From contig NC_045696.1 in NCBI RefSeq assembly GCF_009834535.1, positions 20,648,001-20,712,000 of the forward strand: DNA of 64,000 bases, read 5' to 3'. The translations under genes were made by a program, and so were the position numbers. Within the stretch, counting starts at the first letter, position 1. Every line of letters begins with the position of its first letter. The notes under the pieces were generated by a model that did no database searches, had not been told where the DNA came from, and worked only from the letters and a program-made list of their open reading frames with translations. Positions 53,725 through 64,000 of the stretch are shown here, one piece after another. The stretch comes from Camelus ferus (Eukaryota).

Positions 53725-54898
53725 GCATTTGAGAAGCTTTCCCAGGATGGAATCACAACCTGGTGGCTCTACTGGTCTGAGGTTGAGGGGTTGGCCCCAT
53801 TCCCAAGGTTCCGTTAGTATTACTCTAGTGGAGACTCTCTGTGGTGGCCCCACTCCTACAGCAGCCCTCTGCTCCAGTGGTGTGCCAGTGGTTCCAGGTG
53901 GCTCCATCCTTTGAAATCTAGGTGGAGGTAGCCAGGTCCCCCATGCTTTGCTGGATGCAGCACAAGCTACACCAGGTCTCACTGGAGCTCCCCCTGCAGT
54001 GGCCGAGGAGTGTGGTGGTAGAATGCAGGGAGTGGAGTCCACAGTGTGAGGCAGCCCCTCCTTCCAAACCTATGTCCCACAAGCCCTTGCACTCTGGGCC
54101 TGGGACAGGAGGAGCAGACTGGTGATCTCTGAAATGCCTTTGGGGTCAAGCTTCCATTGTCTTGGACAATAGGTCCTGGCTTCTGTTTTACATGGCTGAC
54201 TGATCTGCCTCACTCTATTGAGGGAGCTCCTGGCAGCTGTTAAAATGGCCAATCCAGATTCTTATAAAATTTTGCCACACTTTTCATGCTCACTCCTTAA
54301 CAAGTTTTTTATTTTTTTTAATCCTTTTCACTATGGATAGGCTAAGAATTTTCCAAATTTTTAAGTTCTGCTTCCTTTCTGATTAACAATTTCATCTTAA
54401 AATTTTCTCTTCTTACATTTTACTATAAGTCTTCAGAGGAAACCAGCCTCTCCTTCAACATTTTGCTTAGACATTTCTTCAGCGACATATCCAGTTTCAT
54501 CTCTAACAAGTTCTACCTTTTACAAAATACTAGGTCATGAATACGATTCAGCCAAGCTCTTTGACACTTCATAGCAAAGGATCACCTTTCCCCCAGTTAC
54601 CATTAAAATGTTCCTCACTTCTGTCTGAGATCTCATCAGGATGGCTTCTATAGTTCATACTTCTACCAACATCCTATTCACACCACTTAGGCGTTCTTTA
54701 AAACTGAGGTTTTCTCTACAAATTTCCTCCTGAGCTCCCACCAGAACTGTTCAATTGGTCCACTTATGGCAATATGGGCTTTTTCTAGCATGCACTTCAA
54801 AACTCTTCCAGCCTCTTACTCATTACCTAGTTTCAAAACCACTCCCACATTTTTAGATATTTGTTACAGCAGCACCCCCACTTCTCAGTACTAGTATC
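53725..54898 (-). mobile_element. MaLR internal sequence (MLT/MST-int-like), 5' part
   Basis: Minus strand starts gatactagtactgagaagtgggggtgctgctgtaacaaatatctaaaaatgtgggagtggttttgaaactagg; also ggtggctctact...ccccattccc...ctagtggagactctctgtgg on the plus strand. Confidence 0.8.
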
Positions 54899-55350
54899 TG
54901 TATTAGTCAAGGTTTTGCAGTAACAGGACAATTAGGATGTCCACAGAAGAGACTTATTATGGGAATTGGCTCAAGCAATTATGGAGGCAGAGATATGCCA
55001 CAACACACCATCTGCAAGCTGGGAAACCAGAAAAGCTGGTGGTATAATTCAGTCTGAGCCCAAACGTCTGAGAACCAGGAGCTCCAACGTCCAAGGGCAT
55101 GAGAAGATGGATGTTGCAGCTCAAGAAGAGAAAGAGAGAATTCACCCTTCCTTCACCTTTTTACTCAATTCAAACGTTCTGTTAATTAGATGATGCTCAC
55201 CTCCTTGGTGGAGTTATCACCTTTACTTGCTCTACTGATTCAAATGCTAATCTCTTCCAGAAACACCTTTACAAACACGTCCAGAAATAATGTTATCAGC
55301 TACCCGGGCAGCTCAGCCAGTAAAACTGACACATAGAGTTAACCATCACA
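54899..55350 (-). mobile_element. MLT2B-like (ERVL) LTR
   Basis: tgtattagtcaagg...tattatgggaattggctc...atctgcaagctgggaaacc...ctactgattcaaatgctaatctcttccagaaacacc...ccagaaataatgtt...tgacacatagagttaaccatcaca. Confidence 0.88.
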
Positions 55351-58300
55351 ATTGGTTAATTCAGTTAAAAGAACAGAACTGACTGCCCTCTACCACCCCC
55401 CAAACAGTTTAACTCATCTTGCCCTCAACTATTCTCAGACATTATCAGGTGTCAGCATAGGCATACTGTTTCATGCCTCCCCATTTAATCTCTGCCATTG
55501 GTCTTACTCCCTGATCTTTTATTCCACATCATTTGTTTTCCTTATACTTTGCTTGATAATGAGAATTAAGCCTGATACTTAAAGAGATCAAGTGATATGT
55601 TTATTCCTGATTAGAAAATGTCTGGACTAGGAGTAGGTTCTAAGCCACCTGAATCTCTTCCCACACACAGTGTGATAATATTACCAAGATCATTGAAAAG
55701 GTCGTATCATTGCAAAGGTCATGCTGACAAACAAGAATATCTGTTCTAACACAGATATAATGATTATATCATTAGTGATCTAAATATTGAATGTCTTTTT
55801 CCTTCATAATCTAGAAACCAGATACAGACAATGGAATGCAGATTATATATACCCAAAATTACATTATTATTATTATTAAGTCAGGAAAAAATACTTGTTA
55901 CTCATTTCTCTACTTCTAAGATGAGAGAGTGAGTATACATGTGGACAGTAGGCAACTAGATGTCCCATATAAATGGACATTTTGCTTCATTAATCTAATT
56001 ATATATATGCACACATGTGTGTGCTTATTATACACGCACTATTTATTATTAAATTTAATTATTTATTTGTATCTATGGATTATTGAATTATTATTGTTAT
56101 TAAATCTTTAAATAATCATTTTTAAAATTTTATATGGTTACATTTAGAATCATAGAATTTGTTTATTGTTGAAATATTGATTCAGACAGAAGGTGACTGC
56201 ATTTCCAGGAAATATACAGGAGCCTAAGATTGAAATAGTGTTGAGGGAAAATCAAGGCACTACAGATTCCATAGTGAGATCATCAGAAATCTTCACATGT
56301 CTCCCAAGGCCATATTCTTTGGTATAATGAGATAAAGTATACAGAAAATAAGATAAACTCAAATCTGTCCTTAGCAAAAGAACTTTTTAACTCCTTGATC
56401 CATAAATATATACACACACATACACATACACATACAGTTTGATGAATCAATGCCTAGGGAAGAACAATAGTCTTGTTGGAGGCAGAAAGATATCTGTGAA
56501 TGTGATATTGAGATGTCCATATGTGATTCTAACACAGTGTTATTCAGTGCTCTTGCATATACCCATTTAGAGGAATTAAGCTAAAAAAAAAAAAAAAATC
56601 TCTGCAAGGTTCTTTTAATTCCTTTTCCAAGATAAAAAATAACTGAAGTGATTAGGTCTTTAAAAAAAATTTAAGTAGGGCTTTGGTAGACATCTACAAT
56701 TCAGCAATAGTATTTGATTAGTATACAAACTAAATAAAATATTAATAGCTTGTTTTGCAAAACATATCATAAAAGACTAAAATTTATATTGTACAGATGT
56801 ATCTGGGCATCCTTCCACCTGTTCTCCCAGGCATTTCACTTCATAAATCAACTTTCCTGACCTTTCCCACCTATCTGAAACTTTTATATAGAATGAAATG
56901 AACTATACTATCATACTTTCTAGTACTCATAATTTAAATCTTAAAGGTTATTTAACAGAAAAAAATCTGTATTAGTCATTATCAATCTTAAAGACAAAGC
57001 TAAAATTTATCATGCATTATGTTTAGATTAAGTGTTATATTTAAAGTCAGAAGATGGCTTCTGAACATTCCAATGGTTGTTCTTAAATGTTAAACATCCC
57101 ATAACTTAACTCTTGGCCTTTAAGACCCAGGTAATTTTTCTTTACCTTGGTTTGTACATTTTTGCTTAGCTCTCATTTGAACTCCTTCCTATCCATAAGT
57201 GGTTTGTGAGGGCTCCAGGGAGAATTACACTTACTTTTAAATAACATTGTTTAGGGAAAAATCATAACTTTATAAATTGATTCCAATAATTCCCTTCTTT
57301 TGCTGTCATGTAGAAATCCACAGAGAAGTTCTCAGAAGGCTGCCAAATTTGGCCAGTTTTTAAACTGACTCACCAAATAAAGTCACAAAACTCCTGATTG
57401 ATAACCGATGTATAAAGGACTAGGATTATATATGCAACATCTCTATAGGTATATTTGATTTCTTTCCTCTGGATCCAATCAGGGACATGCAGTGCTCTTG
57501 GGAAGTCTGCTTTATCTGTAGACTTGAAAATTGCATTGGGTACATTTCTATTCCAAAGAAACTGAAACAGTTTATACACTGGCTAAGCCAAGAGCACTGC
57601 TTGGGGAATCTAACTGTTTCACCCAGACTGTAACTGGCCATCTGTTACTGAAGAGAGGGCTTTAGAGTCTGAGTCATCTATGCAGGCTAAAGCTATTGAT
57701 AAAACAGCTTAACTAAATACTCAGTTTTCCTTTTCATTTTTTAAGATACATACTGTATGAGGAATGAAGAATAGGTTTTATTATTTCCTAGCATTGATAC
57801 TGTATGTCTATAAAGTTATTCAATTATAGAATATCTATGTTCAAATCCTTGTGTGTGCCCAGTGTGTGTGTGAAGATATTGCTGCAGTGGCTGGAGTTTG
57901 TTTATTTTTTAATATTATTTATGATTTATTTGTTCAGTTTTGAATAGTTTGAAAACATCAACTGAAAAAATATTTAGCAAATCATTTAAGAAAATAAATA
58001 TTTGGCACAGTTTGCCTTGAATTTTGGTTCAGGTTCAAAGGATAAATGTTTCAAGATTAAATATTTTGGAGTAGATGTAATTTTTTATTATCCAATTTTC
58101 TCTATGGGAATCTGAAACTCCTAGCTCTTCTCTTTGCGATAAAAAAGAGTCTTTTCAGGAAAAAAAAAAAGGCCTACAGTAAGAGTGATGTTAAGGGTGA
58201 CTATTAGACTAACTTGGGTAACCAATTGCTTTTTGAAAATGCAAAGCAGAAATACAGTAGAAATAAATCAAATTAACAGATTATCAAACAAGAGTTTTCA

Positions 58301-58606
58301 GATCATTCATTACCTTCATTAACAAATCTTTGATGAGTAATTATGACATAAAAGACTTGTTTTAACAGTTAATATGTACCAAGAAAGGAATGAAAGGATT
58401 CATTTAATTTTCATTAAAAGCTATATTATTATTATAAAGAAGTCAGAAAAGACTTATTTTACTGATTTTCCTGCTTCTAACATGATAGAGTGAACATACA
58501 TGTGGACAGTAGCCAACCAGATGTTCCATGTAAATGGGTATTTTGCCTCATTTTTCTGATCATATGTCAAGTATCAGAGAGCTCAGGAAAATAATAATTT
58601 TGAAAA

Positions 58607-58660
58607 ACTTACCTGTTTAAATGAATGAAAAGAACAAAAACAGAAGTGTTTTAGATATTA
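58607..58660 (-). other. Candidate recursive splice site (3'SS fused to 5'SS; junction 58613/58612)
   Basis: Minus strand: taatatctaaaacacttctgtttttgttcttttcattcatttaaacAG|GTAAGT. Long pyrimidine tract, no other AG for over 45 nt, perfect +1..+6 donor. Confidence 0.5.
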
Positions 58661-60243
58661 CATTTAACTATACTTAAAAACAATGCTTGTATCATTTTAT
58701 TTGATGAAATGATTCTGTGTAATTGTGAAGCAGCCACTGCCCACCTACACTGGCATTTTGCACATGTAGGGACTGTCCTCCTACATTTACCAAGAGGCAC
58801 TGGTAAGAGAATAAATAGGAACATGAAGGTGGATGATGACATTTCATGACAAATTATTCTGATGGTCTCATTCATTATCATATCCAGTCATTGCAACCTT
58901 GCCAATCCTAATAAAATTTTATTTTCTTCCACAATTCAGATAAAGGACTTTATGTGCAATTTTTAAAAAGTGATTCACTTAATTGGAAAGTTTATAGCAG
59001 TACATGTAAATGGAAGAAAAGAGACAGGTGCTCTGATCTTTTTAGTCCTCAGAAAATACCTAAGGCTCTTGATGTCACTTAAAAAATTTTAAAGGGTATT
59101 TTTATATGATAAAGAATTTTCAATATTAAGATCTCATATTTTAAATTAATTTAAGCTCAGAATGATAAATTTGTAAAAGTAGAGAAAAGATTTTAATTAA
59201 AACTTTTTAAATAATTTCGCTGATACAGTTCAAATTTCCTTCATCATTTTGTGACACCTCATTCTTTTGTTTGTTTGTTTTCCAAGATTTAAGCTAATAC
59301 TGGCTGTTCAGAAAAATAATAAGGAAGGAAGCATAGTAAACTTACAGCAAATGTTGATTCTGGACAGGCTGAAAGAATGAAATGATCTGATGTACTTGTT
59401 GTAACTGCATATGATCCATCAGTCCGCCAGACTTAATAATATGCTTTATCCCTATGAATTAAAACTACTGCATTCAGATTTCAAGTACTTTTGAAGATTA
59501 GATGTTGTGTAGATAGTTAGAAAAATATTATCATTGCATTTCATTCTCAGTAGTATTCTGTATTATTTCAAAAGTTAAAAGTTCAACTCTATCTATTTTT
59601 AATTTACAATGCAAATAATATTTTTAAAGTGCTATATTTGTGATAAAAGCATGTAAAATTAATCTTTGAATATGGGGAATATTATATGTATAAAGATGTG
59701 TGCTCTTCCCAACTTTATTAACTAAAAGAACTTCTTAAGTTGTTGTGCTAAAATACTGATGGGCTATCTGATCTCTATCTTGAAAGAAAATAAATGTCTA
59801 CGGCAATTTAAAAACAGACATACATTCATCCTTTCAGGGGGTTGAATATTAAAAGAGATGAGGAAAACAAAAATACAGTACAACTTTGATCCAAATTTAG
59901 CAGTAATAAGACAGACTAACTTTATTTAAGGTGATATATACAGATTATTGAGATTTATGATGAAATTGAAGTATACATTCAATGGGATTATTCAAAAGTA
60001 ACCAATTAGAGAATCATATTTCAAACATGAATAATATTATTTTAATGATACTGGATATTTTAAAGAGACATATTTCTGAAGTTCCCTAAATATAAATGCA
60101 GTTTTCCCAGGTGCCTGTAGCTTCCAATTTGCAAATATTAACTTAAGAAATGGAAGTCAAGATGTAATTGGTTTTCGAATGAAAATTGTAACTAAAATTG
60201 AGAAGTTTTGCCTTTATACTTGATTTAAATAACAGTAATATTA

Positions 60244-60438
60244 TATAATAGATAAACAAGTTTATACTATATAGCACAGGGAAATATATTCAAGATCTTG
60301 TAGAAGCTCACAGTGAAAAAGAATATGAAAATGAATATACGTATATTAATGTATGAGTGAAAAATTGTGCTGTACACCAGAAATGACATAACACTGTTAA
60401 CTGACTATAACTCTAAATAAATAAATATTAAAAAAAAA
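60244..60438 (+). mobile_element. Short 3' end of the same lineage-specific L1 as 21610-22110
   Basis: atagataaacaagtttatactatatagcacagggaaatatatt...gaaaaagaatatgaaaatgaatat...ttgtgctgtacaccagaaatgaca...ctgactata plus A-rich tail; aligns to 21925-22100. Confidence 0.9.
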
Positions 60439-60663
60439 CAGCAACAACGAATGTACTGGGCCCAAGTAATAAAATAAGAGTTACCTGCATATGTGGACTC
60501 ACACAACTTCAAGAGCGCTCTTGTGAAACCTAGAGTGAGATTCAGTCCACATATTCTATATGTTCCCCTTTTATTATCATATCCTTATGCCTTTAAGATA
60601 TCGGGTGAAACACTTACCTTAAGAGAAACATTTTTTTTTTCTGATAAAGACATGCAGAAGAGA

Positions 60664-60664
<1 letters not shown>

Positions 60665-60715
<51 letters not shown>
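60665..60715. repeat. (TG)25 microsatellite
   Basis: Directly visible perfect repeat. Confidence 0.97.
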
Positions 60716-60716
<1 letters not shown>

Positions 60717-61554
60717 TATGTCAGCTGATCCCTTTATAATGTGCTATTTTACATGTTGATAGTAGTATGTTGTTATAAATTGAGAATCAAGCTCAACAAG
60801 AGCATGGGACACAAGTAATGATGATAACATCCGTCAAATTGTTATAGGCAATTTGCTTTAGGATAATAGCATGATGGGTCAGAGAGGAAGCAGAGCAAAA
60901 CAGAACCAAGTATATGAAGAGGGTTGGTAGTCAAAAATGTCCATACCTCACTTCATGTGCAAAAATCAAATCTATAAAATAGATATAATTTTCATTTTAA
61001 AGAAAAGGAAACCAAAGTTCATGAAGATTAAGCCATTCATTTGAAGTTCTAGCGTAATCTCAGAAGCAGGATTTTAACTTTTAACATCTAAGTCCATTGA
61101 AACTAATCAAATACTTAGAGAAGTTTAAAAATGACAGAAGCAGTAGCAAAACCCCTCTTCATACTGGTATTGCTTCTCTACCCTAGAAACATTTTCCATA
61201 TTTTCTTGATAGCAGTCAACCAGTATGCTTTATTCCTGATTTTTGTTGTCAATCTAACCTCCTCCTCTGTCCACTGTTTAAAACATAAAACTATACTAAT
61301 TATCAACAGCTTAAAACATGTCATAATTTGGAATTGTAGAAAGGGAAAGCCACCATTGTTTGACAATGATTAAATAAAAATTGTCTAGACGAGATACAAA
61401 TGCTAAAGAGACATGCCAATAAAATGTTTCTCAATGATCTATCTGCATAGACATCCAGGAGACAGGGAGAGAAATACGTATATTACAAAATTATTTCAGA
61501 TATCTATTCTCCAATTCTCTCAAAATTAGATTTCTTTATATTTCAATAAAGAAA

Positions 61555-61960
61555 CATGGCTTCACAATGTACTTAGGGTATAAGCCAAAGTTCTTATGAT
61601 GACCTGGAAGACCCCGACCTTGTGTCCCCTTCCTACTTCTCACTTTCCTCTGCTTTTCCCCTTGCTCAGGATTCACTCTGGCCACACTGGTCTCCTTGAT
61701 TTCCTAAAGCTTGCTCATCACTCTTCCACTCTGGGCTTTTGTACCTGCTGTTCCCTAGGCCTGGAGAGCCATAAGATTCACTCATGCACCACTTTCAACT
61801 CTGCTAAAATGTAACCTCAGTATCTCTGCTAAAAGAAATATTTTAATTTGGATTAAAATATAATAAAGACATTTTACAAAATATTTATCTGATAGCAATA
61901 ACAGGGATTTTAGTGTGCTTACTTGTCCTGTTGCCACTTCCCTCTACAGCGTGAGAGTAC
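61555..61960 (+). mobile_element. L2 3' region (L2a-like)
   Basis: cttagggtataagccaaagttcttatgatgacct...ggccacactggtctcctt...gggcttttgtacctgctgttccct...cctgg...ctctgctaaaatgtaacctc. Confidence 0.75.
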
Positions 61961-64000
61961 AGAAAGGGTCTGGAGGCTTGCCTCTTGCAAGAGGAAAGGT
62001 GGCAAACCTGTAAATTACTCTTAATTATCAAAAATAGAATGCATAAAGTGACTTTCACACTCTTGAGTATAAAACACATCAATAATTACCATTAGACATC
62101 CTCTTGCAGCTATAATTCACTCACTTGATTTTCCAGAGTCTTCAATGTGCCTGATTTCCTTGGCCTGTTTCTCTCTCCCTGTTACTCATTATCCCTATTA
62201 TCCCCCTCCCACTGACTCCTCAACTGGCACATTTCCATACTCCCCATTATGCTTACAGATAATCTCATTAAAAGAGTTCCGCTTACCAAAGAGCACTTGT
62301 TACATCAAGGTTGGAACTGACATTAGACTCACTTCCCCACAGGCAATACTCAAGTGTTTTAGTATAAATATATGCTCACTTCTGGTGGCTGCTCAATAGG
62401 TTAAGTGTATAGTCACATTACTGAGATCAATCGTTGCCTGTCTGAGCTAGCCTTGATGAGAGGATGGAAAAAATAGTTTTCAGTGAACTGGTCATTGACT
62501 GAAATATCAAGTACCTTTTGTGTCAAAATGCTAACAATTTATAATCTACCAGAGATAGTGTTTCAAGATCATATGCTGATTACCTGGGAGTATTTATTCA
62601 GTCTGATATCAAAGACCTGTGAAATCTTTGTGACTGCAGGGACACAAAGGTCCAGACAGCAGCACAGCTAAGAGATTACAAGATGACAAATACCTCACAA
62701 TTAAATCTCCATCTCCCATCTGGATTTTGTTTACTATTTCATTTTGATCCATTTTTTTACTCACACATCTTCATATCAGGGGAAATTGGATATACTTGTA
62801 AAATGATGATTTGCATTTGAAAAGAAAAACACACCCACCAAAAACATTGGTAGAACAACAGCTAACTACCCAAGAAAACGACACATACACCTCCTCACTC
62901 AACTACCTCCTGCCAAGAGAACTAGGGCTCCCCGCCTGCTTAGATAACAGGTTGGCACATCACGCACACGCACTTCTGAGGAGTGGGTGGTGCTGAAGGA
63001 GCACAGCGGGGGCAGAGGGGTTGTTGGGAAGGAGTCTTGCTAGAAGGCCAACTGTACAAAAAGGTCAAGACAGCAGCTGTTGGTCCAACACTGAACATGC
63101 CTTCATAGGGCCTGAGTTAGTGGCAGAAGGTAGACAGCACAGTTCTGGCAAACTAATTTTATTTTTTTTCTGCATAGTACATTTGTAAGAATACATGAAA
63201 GTAAATTTTGTTTCACAGATGTCTGCTGCCTAATATTGCATTTTGTTTCCATATTCAAAAGTAGAATTTACCCCTTCATTAAGCCCTTGCTTTCTAAGTC
63301 AAGTAACCATTTTTATAGTCTGATTGTCACTTGAGCTTTAAAATATGATTTTCCTTTCCAAGAAGGAAAGGTGACATCGTGGTGAAATTATTCCAGCACT
63401 TAAACATGCTAAAAACAACTTAAACATGCTAAAAAAAAAAGCCAACATACTAGACCATTCCAGCAATTCCTTTCTTAATAATGAAAGTGGAGAGATAACA
63501 TTATTCATTTTCACAAACATATCCGGTTATCTTGAGGGAGTCTGGAAATTATATCACTACCTTAAGCAACATCTAAAGTTATTCCTATGTCTCTTCAATC
63601 AGACAATGCTAATCTACAGGCATCTTCTTTACAGTAAATCAAGTCTGACAATTAACAAATATTTTCAAAGGAAATTTTGAAATGGATATTTCTAAAAAAT
63701 TATGTATTTCTAAAAAATGATATAAAGGTCAATCAGCAACTTAATATGTGAGTCTTTAAACAGACTGACTTCTTTCTTTGATCCATGAATAAACTTTAAA
63801 TTAAAATTCCTTGTAAGGTCCAAATAACATATAATAAATTAAAGTTAAATTCATATACTATGTCTAAATAACGTTAAGCCTATAAAAACTTCACAGAACA
63901 CAGTACAATATCCAACATGAAAAATAAATTGGTGATATTTTGGTAAGAAAGAACGAGGCTTTTCCTTATTTGTCCACAGTTTTCTAATTTTTAATAAGGC

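Noticed and set aside
53668..54252. Cluster of overlapping ORFs in a GC-richer block
   Set aside because: They lie within the MaLR internal and Tigger fragments; higher GC explains the fewer stops.
58481..58560. Duplicated 55.9/58.5 kb unit as a C/D-box snoRNA pair
   Set aside because: No proper RUGAUGA box C in either copy, and the CUGA is present in only one copy.
1..64000. Prokaryotic-type systems (operons, CRISPR arrays, defence islands) or an intact viral gene
   Set aside because: The sequence is mammalian and repeat-rich, with no long ORFs or regularly spaced repeats. All retroviral coding remnants are disrupted.

Overview
AT-rich, CpG-poor mammalian genomic DNA, most likely from a camelid. 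The evidence for that is a tRNA-Ala-derived Vic-1-type SINE at 450-599 and two artiodactyl/camelid-style L1 3' ends. I found no recognisable cellular protein-coding exon, RNA gene or CpG-island promoter, so the window looks like deep intron or gene desert. It is filled with decayed interspersed repeats: MaLR (MLT1) LTRs, old L1 and L2 fragments, MIRs, a Tigger/MER2-like fragment, an ERV1 (MER4-group-like) 5' proviral fossil with LTR, tRNA-Ser PBS and broken gag, an internally deleted two-LTR ERVL (LTR16/ERV3-16-like) provirus with gag and pol remnants, and an MLT2-type LTR fused to a MaLR internal region. The most interesting non-repeat signal is a minus-strand 3' splice site directly fused to a consensus 5' splice site (polypyrimidine-CAG|GTAAGT at 58613/58612), followed by a 113-nt stop-rich candidate exon. 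This is the architecture of a vertebrate recursive splice site. A diverged local duplicate about 2.5 kb away has lost exactly those splice signals. Repeat subfamily names are assigned from remembered consensus sequences, not from a search, and boundaries are approximate unless TSDs are quoted.
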